In this document: in pieces, positions 19,280 to 39,102 of the stretch
Layout: each line of letters starts with the position of its first letter
How positions within the stretch are numbered: the first letter of the stretch is position 1
Source of the DNA: Sminthopsis crassicaudata
Taxonomy: Eukaryota
NCBI RefSeq assembly: GCF_048593235.1
Contig: NC_133621.1
Location: 187,881,238 to 187,945,237, forward strand
Reading direction: 5' to 3'
Length of the DNA stretch: 64,000 bases
Position numbers and translations under genes: made by a program
The notes under the pieces: generated by a model
What the model saw: the letters and a program-made list of their open reading frames with translations, nothing else
Database searches by the model: none
Told to the model about the DNA's origin: nothing

Positions 19280-19960
19280 TTCCTGTGCGAGTCTCCGGAC
19301 GCGCGGCGGAGCCCGCCCGCAGCCCGCGCCGGCCCGGGGGCCTCTCTCCGGGACACATTTCAGGGGGGGTTGGGGAGCAAGATCGGATCCGAGAGAGGGC
19401 TCGGGAGGGGGGCAGCGATCGGCCCAGAAGAGGGGCGGTAGAGCGGAGGGCGGAGAGGAGGAGAAGGAAGAGGAGGAGAAGGAGAAGGAGAAGGAGGAGG
19501 AGAAGGGCTCGGGCTCGGGCTCGGAGGGGGCCGGGACCCCGGGCCCGGGAAGGCAGCGGTGTCAGCGGCGGAGGGCCCCGGGAGGGGCAGGCTGGGGCCA
19601 GCGGGGGCCGGGGCCGGGAGGAGATAGCCGCGGGGCGGGGGGAGCGAAGCAAAGTGGGGAGTCAAGGGCGGGGGGCTTCTGAGGGCTGTCGATCGGCCAG
19701 GGGGGATGGGGGCCGCCCCCGCGGGGGCCCGGAGCCGCCGCCGCCGCCGCGGCGACTGAATCCGGGGCGGGGAAAGAGGGGGCCGGGGGAGCCGCCGCCG
19801 CCGCCCCCCGGAGCCTTGAGTGCCACCCCAGAGGAGCCTGCCGTCCGGAGCCAGGACCCGGTAAGAGCTGCTGTAGCCCGGATCCCTAGATCCCCGGTCC
19901 CGGGCCTGCTGCACCCCTCCCCCGCCACCCCACCCCTGGTTCCCCGCACACCCCACCCCC
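19280..19960 (+). promoter_or_regulatory. ATN1: ATN1 CpG-island promoter and non-coding exon 1 (donor CCG|GTAAGA at 19860/19861)
   Basis: Dense CpG island with GCC repeats and a strong donor site, upstream of the ATG-bearing exon whose acceptor is at 24094/24095. Confidence 0.8.
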
Positions 19961-22900
19961 AGTCGCTTCTGCCGGCGTCTCCGTTTGTTATTTTCTCCGA
20001 TTAAGGTTTTCCAACCCCCCCTCTCCACCTTCAACCCCCCTCCCCTCCTCCCAATGCAGGCACTGCCTGTCCCGAGCGGAGGGGGGGAAGGGGGGAAGGG
20101 AGGGAGGGAGAAAGAGGGGAGGAGGGGAGCACAGGTTGCGGGGAGGGGAGAGATTGTGGGGTCCCCGAGAACGCGGGGGTGGGGCAACACAGGATGAGGG
20201 GGAGAATAGAGATGAAAGTGAAAAAGAGCTTGGAAATGTCGGGGCTCCGGAAAGGATATTAGAATCTTGGGGGAGGGGGAAGACGAGATCCAGAAGGGGG
20301 GTGGGGTGCAAGGGAGAACAGGGAATGTAAAGAGGGAGAATAGAGGGAAGATGAGGGGGGAGGAGTCTGTAGGGTGCAGGGGTGAAGGCAGAGGGGGTTG
20401 GGGAGAAGGTGGGGTAGCAGGGGTGTATGGGGAGGCTCACAAGGGAGGACCCCGGAAAGGTTTTTCAGAGCAGGTAAATGTAGGTGGGAAATGAGGAGGG
20501 GGTGTGGTGGGTGGGAAGATGAGAGATTAAAGATAGACTAAAATTGAGGATCGAATAAAAAAAAGGAGTTGGAAGCCTTTTATAAGCTAGAGAAAATCAG
20601 AGATTGGAAAGAAAACTGGATGATCCCTTTCTGAGGTCAGGTGTTTTTTGGGGGGCCCTGCTTGGCTCTGATGCTGTCTTTTTTCAATTTGAGAGTGATC
20701 TGTACCCCTAGCTATTCCTATTCCAAATATCTACTAAGTAGAGGGGCACCAGGATGTGGGGACAGGGTCTCCCCAAAACTCAATAGTAAAGTCAGGAGCA
20801 AAGAGGGAAAGGGGTATGGAGAAAGGGAAGCAGGCAGGTAGTGGAAGAACTCATTCGCTTGGTAGTATCTGGTAGTCTCGGAGTCTTCAGATACTCAACC
20901 TGATCTTCCCAGCCCCCACTTCCTCAAGGTGCCGTTCTGTACTCAACAGCCATAGCACAGAGCTTCTTCTCTACCACAGCTTGGTCTCTAAAGACCCATG
21001 AGGGGCTCCTTCCTAATAAGGCCAGACACCTTATAAACCCTTTTTCCCTGGAAGGCAGGAGTTGGGGGTGGGCCCAGCGACTTCTTGTTTATGACAACTC
21101 TGGAGTATTGGCAGCCAGGCTCCTAGATGAACCCCTGGGGCCTGCTCTCTGTGGGACTGCACTATTGAGTTTCCATGGCAGTGACACCTCTAGCTGAGTT
21201 TCTCATTTGGTCCTACGGGGTGGTCATGTCTGTGGGAGACTTAAATTAGCCAACAATTGGTGGCTTTATTCTTTAGGGTTTTAAAATCCCACAAACCTGG
21301 CCCAATTTTGTTCCAGCCATTGGGTTGGCCCTTTTCATCCTGGACAAGGACTCCACAGAAAGGATCACTCCCTTTGAATCAGTTTTCTCCAGCCTTCTGG
21401 TGGTCCCTGATTGCAGTAAAAGTGGAAAATATACATGGGCATTCATTATATTTCTCTAAGTGGGTTGTGAAAGCAGATGAGCTTTTGCCAAAATCGCTTC
21501 TACCCTTTTTTCTATGGCTTCAGGGACTTCAACTAGTTCCACACTGCTCTCTTAGTCCCTCTCTTAGTTTAGAGATCTTTTTCTTTCCAGGCCAACTCCA
21601 CAATTTTCTCCCATAGTAGAATCTCTATCTCATTGACTCCACCTCACTTTTCCCACCTTTGTCAGGTGAGAGCTTCCCTGGGGAGAGCAACAGGAAGTGA
21701 GTTGCTAGGGTTATTTGTAGGTCAGAAAGCCCTGGCCAATGTTTGGTCTTTACATAGAGGTCACTTTGTCATTGGAGGGTTGCTCCCAGGGTTGGTTTAA
21801 GTTATCATTCCAGTACTGGCTGGTTGAGCAATGGATTTTAGGCCGGGATCAAGTCTTCCCACCGGGCTCTCCTAGCTTGATCCTCTATCCTTGATCTCCT
21901 TTCGGGTTTTCCTGTTCTTTCAATTTCTTTGCCTTTGCTCATTTCTCTGTGCTGCCCCATATTTGCCCTCTGAATGTCTCTTTCATTTCTCTGCCCAGAT
22001 GATTAGGGTTAGGGAAAAGGTGGTTTGATTTGGTGCTCAAAAAAGAGGTTCATATATTGAACACCCTCTACTGCTTATCCAACAAAGAACCTTTTGGATG
22101 CCTCAGTCTTCAAAGCTGCTCTTGGTGTTTACTCCAATTTGATTTTATTTGTATAAACAAGAGGAATGAGAACACACATTGATGCTACCTCTGCCTAATT
22201 TGAGGAGTCAAGGAATAAAGTTCTGATAGTCAAGAACCAAAAATACCAACAGAAATAGGACCATTTAGAGTGGAGCTGACATTTGGCAAAAGGATTCATC
22301 TTTGTATTTTGGGTTTGAAATTTTATTAGTCCCTTCTAGTATCTATTTTCTAGGTTGATAATCTAGTATTTTGAAAACCAAATTAAAAAACCCTTAAACA
22401 TTAATTGGCAGATCGAAGGTGAGAAGGATATAATCCAGCTGCTAAACATCGGGCAAGTCTTGGTATTCTTTTCTAGGCCCATTTTCCCCATCTATAAAAT
22501 GAGATGAATCCTATCCATTGCCTCCTGGTTTGAGATGGGTAGAGTGAAGCTGAAACACATCTGATAATAGGTGCTCTTGTCCTTTGGCCTAAAATGCTAT
22601 GGGATTTAAAAGATATTGTTGCCTGAGGGGGGTGGGTAACTTCACTTTGTCTTTCATAGAGACCAGCAAAGATGGAAAGGAAAATAATTAGATTCTGAAG
22701 AGCTTCCTTATTTCCTTCAGGCAATGGGCCTGAAGGTCAATTGCCTAGATTGAGCATCCACTCTAAAATCCCATATTTGAGTGGCAGGTCGATAACTTAC
22801 TTTTATATATCTTAAGCTTTCAAAGCACATTCTTATAAGCTTTAGAGGCAGATACAAGTGTGATGCCCATTTTACAGATGAAAATGAAACTGGGAGATTC

Positions 22901-24279
22901 ACATAGCTAGTAATTGATGGCACTGGAATGCTAGGAAAGATGCTATGATCTCATAAGACAAGGCTAATGGAGGAAATAAGTTACATTTAGGGGAGGATAT
23001 AAATCTAAAAATAGTTAAGTGAAAAAATATTTAATTTTAAAATATGAAATTATATTTGATTATTAGAAGTCTTTATTACTGGTTATGAGGTTTAAAACGG
23101 AAGAGATCATAGGGTCCATTGAGATCAACTTCCTCTTTTTACAGATAAGGAAAATGAGGCAGGCAGAGGTTAAGTGACTTGCCATGGTCACACAGCTAGT
23201 AAGTGTCTGAAGCAGGTGGAAAGGTATGATCTACAATTTTTATGGTTATGCAGACAGTCTAAATGCTTACTATTGGCCAATGCTATGAGGGGAACTCATT
23301 GTGGAATAGGTTCATTTCAGCTCAAATAGCCATATTTGACTAAATGTTGGGGTTGGTAAAATTTGATAAAAGGTCTGAGAGCTGTGATCAGGGTCTGGGC
23401 CTACAAATATATGTTCACCAAAGGTGCATCCATTTCTCCTTCCCCTCCCCCTAATATAGCAGTTCATTCTGTTTACTTCCTCTATGGCTTTGGGAACAGA
23501 GTTGAAATGTTTCTAGAAACTTTTTCAGATCCCATCAAGTTCTGTTTCCTACCCCCCCCCTCCCCTGCCAGAATCATCCCCTCAGGTCTCATTTACTACA
23601 GGTTCCTTCACTCTCCTTTAGGGAGAGTGAAGAGTGAGCCAGGCTAGTCTTATGGACTAGAGTTTCCTGCTTCAAAGTAGCTTCCTTGGTGATGGGAAGA
23701 TTACTATTAGTATATCTTCCTCACATATAGGTATGGCCCTTTTATCTCATAGCAGATAAGAGTGGTTTCCATCATGTCCATCCATCAGGGTCTCTATGGA
23801 ATGGCACCGGGCACCTGCTATCTTGTAAATACCAACTGTTTGTTGCTTAGCACCTCAGCAAAAGGCATTTCAAGAGGTTCCCAGTAACTTTAGGAAGTGC
23901 AAGGATACGCATAGCACCGTGCATATTTGTTCCAGGTCATCCTTTACCCTAAAAGTTACCATTAGGATGAAGCCCAAGCAGTCTCTTTTTTCAGACCAAT
24001 AAAATTTTGTCACGGTTAGGCCAGCTGGGTTCCCTTTTAGGATCCAGGTCTCATTTTTGTGGTTTTGATTTTTTTTTTTTTCCCCCCCTGACAGGCTTTG
24101 TTGGAAGAGATTCTAGGAGTATTTTCATTCTGAGGCTTCAGCCTTAGGTGTCTACACTTGAACCCTGGGAGGGCCTGCTTCCTGCTCAGGCCTAAACTGT
24201 GGGGAAGTTGGGGGTAAAACAGCCATTTATGTATTCAGCCGCCCAGGCAGAGGAGAATGGGGTCTCCACAGCCTGAAGA

Positions 24280-31969
<7,690 letters not shown>

Positions 31970-33181
31970 AGCACCAGCTGTATACCCTTGTGATGGGACC
32001 AGCAGGAGGGGAGGAGAGCCTTCTCTGGCAGAGCCAGGCAGTGCCAGAGGCGCCCCCCCCCCGAAAATGAAGAAGCCCAGCCAAGAGAGAAGACAGAAGT
32101 TGGAGGGGGTGGCCCTGGCTGAGGCAGGGGTAGCTGGGGGGAGAGGTGTGGTGAGAGGCAAACGCGCACAGTAGAACGGGCCAGGATTCCCCTTCCTTGT
32201 TTCTCCTGCCCCTCCCAGCTTTCTGGGGGGGAGCAGTTGCCCCCTCCTCTCCTCCTCCCCTTCTTTGGTGTGATTATTTCATCTGTTAGACGTGGCTGTT
32301 TTGCGTAGCATCGTGTGCTGCCCCGCCCCTTCCCCAACCTGTGTGCAGCGCGCCTCCCCTATTGTATACCCCCCACAATTCCTCCCCCACATTAATAATT
32401 TATATATATATAAATATCTATATGCCACTCTTTAAAAAAAAAAAAGGCCCCAACCAAAACCAAACAACAAAAAAATCCTCACAACCCCCTAGGATGCCTA
32501 AGGCTGATTATTTGAGGGCCTGGGGGTGGGGTGATGGGCTGTCACGTGGGAGCGGACTGGACGTCGGACGATGCCGGAGGTGGGGACGGGCTAGCGCTGT
32601 TGTTACAGGGTTCTTTTCTTCACTACAAAAAAAAGTCACTTTGAGAGGGCTTTCAGAAGGACGTTTAGGTCAGCAGAGGCCCGGGGCGGGAGGTCTATCG
32701 GATGACCACCAGTTTTCCCTTTTGCTTTTCTCAAAAAAAAAAAAAAAAAAAAAGAGAATCTAGATCAGGAAACGGGCCCTGAGAAGGTCAGCGGCAATGC
32801 CTGCAATTGCACGCCCCCAGCTTGGGGGGGAAGGCTGTGGCTCCCGCCCCACTGAAGGCTGGCGGGTGGAATGGGGTGGGGGAAGGGCCCCGACGCGCCA
32901 GGGTCCACGGCGAAGACTCTCCTGGCGCCGGAGTAAAAAGGGTTGGGAAGCGCTGTTGGAAGAACGATGTCCACACAAATATCGATTAGTTTTCCTGAAG
33001 CCGGCCACGCAGCACCCCGAGTTCGGGGTCAGAAAGCAACGAGCCCAAAGCAAAAGTTTGGCGAGCTTGCCAGCCTCCCCAGGATTACTAAGGCTGCTTT
33101 TCTCCCAGCCTTTCCGTGACGCGTTTGCCTTCTGACTCGAGGGGGTGTGCCTGGACTCTTTATCCAATCAACACCAAGAGT

Positions 33182-33189
33182 ATTTGCAT
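33182..33189 (-). promoter_or_regulatory. U7 distal sequence element (octamer ATGCAAAT)
   Basis: ATTTGCAT on the + strand, about 200 bp upstream of the U7 start, the canonical DSE position for snRNA genes. Confidence 0.85.
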
Positions 33190-33326
33190 AGAATTTAATC
33201 AAAACTTTAATGACTTTGGAAAGCTAACGTAGGTGTATTACCTTAATTCAAGGTCCTAGTAGGCAGAGCTACATTATTCCTACATAATTTAGGGAAGGAG
33301 AAGATTTGAATAACGGCTCCCTCTCC

Positions 33327-33347
33327 TCACCCTCATCGAAAGTGGAG
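33327..33347 (+). promoter_or_regulatory. U7 proximal sequence element (PSE)
   Basis: TCACCCTCATCGAAAGTGGAG at -60 to -40. Fits the SNAPc PSE consensus and the rodent U7 PSE as I recall it. Confidence 0.88.
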
Positions 33348-33386
33348 TCCCTTAATACCCTCAACTCACTGCCGACCTTAGTCCGG

Positions 33387-33447
33387 CAGTGTTACAGCTC
33401 TTTTAGAATTTGTCTAGTAGGTTTTCCGGTATTTGCCGGAAAGCCCT
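33387..33447 (+). ncRNA. RNU7-1: U7 snRNA (histone pre-mRNA 3' processing)
   Basis: CAGTGTTACAGCTCTTTTAG (pairs with the histone downstream element), U7-type Sm site AATTTGTCTAG (33407-33417) and an 11-bp terminal hairpin (33420-33445, loop ATTT). Complete promoter, 3' box and position between ATN1 and C12orf57 indicate the functional gene rather than a pseudogene. Confidence 0.97.
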
Positions 33448-33455
33448 TGATTTAC

Positions 33456-33470
33456 GTTTACGGAAAGAGT
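33456..33470 (+). terminator. snRNA 3' box
   Basis: GTTTACGGAAAGAGT about 9 nt after the mature 3' end; resembles the GTTT-N-AAARNNAGA consensus. Confidence 0.65.
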
Positions 33471-33539
33471 CTCCATTTGCAAGGATTCAGAGCTACTTGA
33501 TGGCTTGTTGCTAGGTAGCCGGGCTCGTGGGTAGAAGCT

Positions 33540-33714
33540 GCACTTATTTCTGCTTCCGCCCTGCAAGCCCGGTAGCTGGTAACAAATTCGCTGCGTGTAG
33601 GCCTTGGATGCTGATGCGTAGCTTCCGGGACCGGAAGGCACTTTCCTCTGTCGGAGCGTCGCGACCGCGGCTCTTGGAAGCCAGTGTCTAGCGTGCAACC
33701 CTTGTTCGTGGCCC
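33540..33714 (+). promoter_or_regulatory. C12orf57: C12orf57 promoter and 5' UTR with a pair of inverted ETS (GABPA-like) sites
   Basis: CpG-rich. CTTCCGG (33622-33628) and CCGGAAG (33631-33637) lie just upstream of the ATG at 33715. Confidence 0.6.
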
Positions 33715-35529
33715 ATGGCGTCGGGTCCCGCGCAACCCGCGGCCTTGAGCGCCGAGCAGGCTAAGGGTGAGCGCGATTCTCCATTGGCCCGTAGTGGCTA
33801 AAGAGGAGCGGGGAAAGGGAAGGAAAATCTATGGAATTTATCCAAGTGGAGGCCCTGCCGGATAGGGGGAGTGGGGTGAGGGGTGGTATAGTAGGGACTC
33901 ACTCAGTCTCTGAGTTTTTCGAAGCTCTTTGCATTTGCCCTCGGCTGTGGAAGGGGAGTGGTTGTGGGGGGTAACCCTTGCTGGGGGGAGTAGTTGGGTT
34001 TGCCTCCTGCCTCCTTCTTACCGTCCTTGCTGCTCTCTGCCCTTCTCTCCCTGCGCATCCTTCCTCCCCCTCCGCGCCCCTCCACCCTTTATGCACCTGG
34101 GTCGGGGCAGTGGTCCTGGCTGAGGTCATCCAGGCGTTCGCAGCCCCGGAAAACGCCGTACGTATGGAAGAGGCTCGGGACAATGCTTGCAATGACATGG
34201 GCAAGATGCTGCAGTTCGTGCTTCCCGTGGCTACGCAGATCCAGCAGGAGGTCCTCAAAGCCTACGGCTTCAGCTGCGATGGGGAAGGTGGGGCTGCCTA
34301 GGCCTGGCCTGTCCGCATCGGGGTGGGAATGGAGTGCGGTGCTGGGGCGCGCGGAGGTGGGGGGGTGCTCCGAAAATTGAATTAGTTATTCTAGGCCGGT
34401 GATTTTATTTGTTCGGGGCGCTCCACCAGTGCCGAGTCGTCCCTCCCTAGCTACTCCATCTTCGATGCCTGAGGGCAGTAAACTCCGGGAAAAAACCTAC
34501 GCTGGGGTCGCCCGACAGGTCTGCAACGTTCCTGAAGCAGAATACGAACCCCAGGTCTTTCAGATTTTCGGGCCTGTCTCTTTCCACGATTGGCTTTCGT
34601 TTACTTAATTATTTATTTTTTTTGAAAATACTTCTAAACGAAAATTATTTTAAGAACAATAAGTATACTTTAATTAGATTACAGCTTTTTAAAAGAAGGC
34701 GCAAAATGCGTTCTCCATATGATAGCACACCCAAGTTAATGGTGGAATGGGGGTAGAGAGGAGGGGCGTGGGAGCTGATCTGCTTGAAAATGTTGTCCCC
34801 TCTTCGGACACGCGGGGGCAGCCAGGATTGGAGCTCAAATTTTCCTTTCCCCTTCACCTCGGTTTGGTTTCTAGATTCTAGATTCGGCAGCCAGGTTCAG
34901 CCAACCTAGACCTTGGCCCTAAAAGATTGGGAGGTGAGATGTGCAAAATGAGAGATAATTCCCTGATCGATACACAGGTGGAATAGAGGTTTGTGTGTGT
35001 GTTCGAATCCATTCCTACTTCCCTGCACCAGGATGCTCCATTCAGTTGTTAATTTTTCCCTTTAAGGGAAAATTAGTCACTTCCCACAAGAGTTTAGGAA
35101 TCTCTTCACTTCTGGGCTACGTAGGATATGGAACAGGAAGTGACTTGGTCTAATCTCCACCCCTTTGGAGGTGGAGAAGGGATGATGAAAGCTTGTAATG
35201 CATTGTGGGGTGTGACCCTGCCAGCTACTACTCTGTCTGTCAGGGCTCTGCAGACATTTAAGTGACTGGGGAAAAGCCAGAGGAGATGGTTTACTATTTC
35301 ACATAGCTGCCTCCAATCTATAAGAGAAGCCAGTGTGTGGACAGGAATTATGAGCTTGACTTCTCTCTTATTTTTAGGTGTCCTGAAGTTTGCCAGACTG
35401 GTGAAGTCCTATGAAGCTCAAGATCCTGAGATTGCCAGCTTATCTGGGAAGTTGAAGGCCCTGTTTCTGCCCCCTATGACTCTGCCCCCCCATGGGCCTG
35501 GATTAGGGGGCAGTGTGGCAGCCTCCTGA
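33715..35529 (+). CDS. C12orf57: C12orf57 / GRCC10 (Temtamy syndrome gene), 126 aa
   Basis: Exons 33715-33766 (MASGPAQPAALSAEQAK), 34111-34287 (VVLAEVIQAF...YGFSCDGE) and 35378-35529 (GVLKFARLVKSYEAQDPEIASLSGKLKALFLPP...SVAAS*) sum to 381 nt. AATAAA at 35609-35614. Confidence 0.96.
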
Positions 35530-36499
35530 GGGAATACCCGCCCCAACATAACTTGTTTGGAGGGGAGGCACGCCAGTCATCCCGAACTGCTGATGTCCCC
35601 TGGAGGATAATAAATATTGCTAATTCTTGGTCTCACTGTCTGGCCAGTTGTTACTGTACAATTTCTTAGGCTTGCTCACTTGAGTGACTTCTACATTCAA
35701 ACAAAAAAACTTGCTGAGTCTTTCCTGCTCACCCCCAACTCCCTGATACATATATTCGATTCAATTCAGTAAACATTTATTAAGCACTTGCCCAGTGCCA
35801 GGCACTGTGCTAAATAAGCACTGGGAATTTAAAAAAAGGGGAGGGGGGGAAGTCCCTGCCTTCAAGGAGTTTATAATCTAATGGTGGAGATAAATGCAAA
35901 CCAATATCAACAAAGTCCAGGGTCAATAGGAAGTAATTAAAATGACCACTTAGGAACACATTAATGAATCACAGTACAGAGAAAAGCAGAGTTCTCCTAG
36001 GAAAAGAAGCAGGACCTTATTCCCATCCGATCGATTTATTATTCCCCTAGGTATGCGTTGATTAAACCCTGTTCTGGAAAAATAGATTGAAATCTTTGTG
36101 GAAAAAAGCATCAGGCTGAGGTAGATTACAGGTAGAGTGGAGAATGAAGTAGATGTAGAATTGCAGAACCTATGTTTGGACTCTAACTGCTATTTAACTG
36201 CAAATTTAAGCCATCTTCTCAAATCTGGGCCTCAGTGTTTCCATCTGCACTATAAGAAAATTGGGTTAGAAGATTTCTGAAGTTCAATTCCAGCTCTAAA
36301 TCTTAAAATGGACCCTTAGTTTTTGTTTTTTGAACATGCTTCCCCTCTCTCCTACCTTAGTTCCTTCAGGTAGGGATGAAAATTCAAGGTGACTTCCTTG
36401 TATTACCTTGGCTTTCCCCCAAGTCCTTTCTCAATCCCCAGTGGATCTGTCCTACAGGAGGAAGGAAAAAGCGGAAGGAGTCAAGCCAGGATTTGTAGG

Positions 36500-36779
36500 T
36501 GATTCAGAGAAAACCTGCCCAGGTAGGGCGGTCCCTGCACCTGCTCCGCCCCCGGACACGGGTCCCCTCTCGGAATCATTAACTTAGTGGGCTGTCTTTG
36601 TGCTGCCACTGCCCCCACCTGGGATGGATTAGGAAATCTCCAGTTTTCCGGATTAACTCTTTTACCTGGACTAGCAGGCCTGTGTGGGCTGTACTAGTCA
36701 CTGAGCTCAGTGACCTCACCTGGCCCCGGCTCTGGCTGCCCACTCAGACCCAGCTTTTGGGGGAGATGCTGTCCGCGGG
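36500..36779 (+). promoter_or_regulatory. PTPN6: PTPN6 distal (epithelial-type, P1) promoter and first exon encoding MLSAG (ATG 36766, donor GTAAGT at 36780)
   Basis: ATG CTG TCC GCG GG|GTAAGT corresponds to the human MLSRG first exon and is in phase with the exon at 40139. GC boxes, an E-box (CACCTG) and an NF-kB-like site (GGAAATCTCC) lie upstream. Confidence 0.8.
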
Positions 36780-37544
36780 GTAAGTCCCCCTGTCCCTGGC
36801 CCCCTCCAGCTTCTACCATTTGGGCTTGAGTACTGTTAGAATCGATGAAGCAAGGGAGGAAAGGTATTGTCACCCAGAGGAAGAGGAATTCAAGAGGTGG
36901 GGGAATAGAGAGGGAGCAGGTCTTAATTTTCTAGGTGGTGGTGGTCAGCACAGACTGGTCATTAAGTAGCTGATATGCTTTGTACTGGGATACTTTATTT
37001 GAGAAAAAAGAAAGGGGAAGTTGGATTTTTGCTTTTTAGAGATTTGTATTCACATATCCCCTCTGGCTTTGCCTCAATATACCTCAGTTTCCTCCCCCCA
37101 ACTCCTGTCCTCCATACAAAACAATGGTTACTAAACTTTAATGTAAGCTAGGAGAAAAGAGGAAGGGGAAATACATAGTTTAACTTTGATAACTTTTATG
37201 ACATCTTTTTTGCCAGTCTAACTTCCTATTTCTTTCCCCAAATATGAGTGTTTCTCAGGACTCAAGCATTCAGATTCCTGGTTTTATTTTTCTAGTTCCA
37301 TCCACCCATTCATTCATCTTACCTGTGTAGCTTTTGTCTCTTTTTTTCTAGGGGAGGGGGGGCACTCCTCAAATCTATGATCTCCTGATGTCTCTAAAGC
37401 TTCCTGAGCATCTCCACCAGAAACTGTCCCCCAAATTAAACTTCTTTCTATCATTCTTCCAGGCACTTAAGCTCAAAATCTCAGAATCATCTTTTGATTC
37501 CTCCTCCCCTGGGCTTTGAATAGTAACAATCTCCTTTCGGTGTT

Positions 37545-37584
37545 TTTTTGTTTTTGTTTTTGTTTTTGTTTTTGTTTTTGTTTT
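37545..37584. repeat. (TTTTTG)n simple repeat
   Basis: Read directly from the sequence. Confidence 0.9.
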
Positions 37585-38147
37585 TATTTCAACACACATT
37601 TATTAAACATCTATTGAACATATAGCACTGTTATAAGTGCTGGAAGAATCTATAAAAATAAGATTTTTCAAGAAGGATTTGGCCTAAAAGGACTGCCACT
37701 AAGTCTATAAATTCTTCACACTGTCTCTCACTACTACAATTCTTGTTCTCCCCTGCTTGTATTGAAACAATTCCTCTGCTTTCAATCTTTTTTTCTCTTT
37801 TTAGAGTCAGTTAGGCGGCATGGGAGAGTTTTAGGACTAGAGACAGGAAAGACATCTTAGGCAATTACTGGCAACGAGATCCTGGATAGATCACTTACCC
37901 CTGTCTTAATTTCACCATCTGTAACAGGGGAATAATAACAGCATCTTCCTCCTAGTGCTGTTTGAGGGTCAAATGAGATAATACTTGTAAAGTGCCAGTA
38001 TATTATAGGTACTAGATAAACTCTTATCCCTTTCCTTTTAAGCTTCCTACATATACAGTGTTACTTTGTCAGCCATTGCCCCCCTCAAAAATCTGTTACC
38101 ACAATAATTTGCTACTTTTTTACTCAATTAGCATTTATTTAACTCCC

Positions 38148-38400
38148 AGTACTAAAGATTTTAATCTAAGATCCTTGAACTTAAAAAAATATATATTTTT
38201 GATAACTATTTCCTTTGTAATTTTCTATCTTTAAAAACCTTATTTTAAGGAAGTATCCAGAAGTTTCCCCATTACATTATTATAACAATAAAAAATATTA
38301 GAAATAAAAAACCTAATTTGAATTTGTAGTTCCTCAGAAAGGATCCAGGTACTCCCAGTGATTCTCTGGACCACAATTTGAGAACCACTGGTCTAGAATA
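38148..38400. mobile_element. hAT/Charlie-type MITE remnants (MER5-like end at about 38340-38398)
   Basis: GGACCACAATTTGAGAACCACTGGTCTAG terminus with a TCTAG target-like site. Recalled similarity only. Confidence 0.4.
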
Positions 38401-38439
38401 TGAGCTCCATGAGCAGACAGTCCCTTTTACCCCTCTTTA

Positions 38440-38582
38440 ATTTATTATATTATTTATTTATTTATTTTCCTGAGGCTGGGGTTAAGTGACTTGCCCAGGG
38501 TCACACAGATAGGAAGATTTGAACTCTGGTCCTCCTGAACTCAAGGCTGGTGCTCTATCCACTGCATCACCTAGCTGCCTTC
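38440..38582 (-). mobile_element. WSINE1-like SINE with internal deletion
   Basis: Consensus match; 15-bp TSD TTT(T/C)ACCCCTCTTTA (38425-38439 and 38583-38597). Confidence 0.85.
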
Positions 38583-38849
38583 TTTCACCCCTCTTTATAT
38601 AGCCAGCTCTTTGTTGCCCCATAATAAGCACTTAATATGCGCTTATTAACTAATTGAGAAGTAATTAGCACCAGGGCCTAGTTCAAGTATATATACATTA
38701 GTTATTGCTCAACAAATATTTGGTAACGGAGATAGCAATATTAGTGTATATTCTGGGCATCTGTGTAATAGATTTTGAATATGATCTTGTATGAGAATTT
38801 CTCAGACTCTTTTCACTGGGGTGGATCTCCTTCAAAGTCAACACGCCTC

Positions 38850-38996
38850 AGAGGCAGCTAGGTGGCGCAGTGGATAGAGACCAGCCTTGAATGCAGGAGG
38901 ATCAGAGTTCAAATCTGCTCTCTGACACTTAACACTGCCTAGCTGTGTGACCTTGGGCAAGCCACTTAACCCCAGCCACAGGGGTGGGAAAAAAAA
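38850..38996 (+). mobile_element. WSINE1-like SINE
   Basis: Consensus match; 16-bp TSD AAAGTCAACAC(G/T)CCTC (38834-38849 and 38997-39012). Confidence 0.88.
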
Positions 38997-39102
38997 AAAG
39001 TCAACACTCCTCTTCCCTTTCCTTCCATTTCTTTCCTTAGGCAATAGAGAATATAGCCTTTGGTGTCCTATCCCATTGTCCTCATCCTTCCAGGATGCTC
39101 TG

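Noticed and set aside
18996-20440. Several long ORFs (218-276 aa) on both strands over the ATN1 promoter
   Set aside because: Low-complexity P/G/R/E translations of a GC-rich island that is naturally poor in stop codons; no domain or protein-like signal.
36766-36779. P1 isoform N-terminus MLSAG instead of the recalled human MLSRG
   Set aside because: A single substitution in a short variable leader; phase and splice site are intact.
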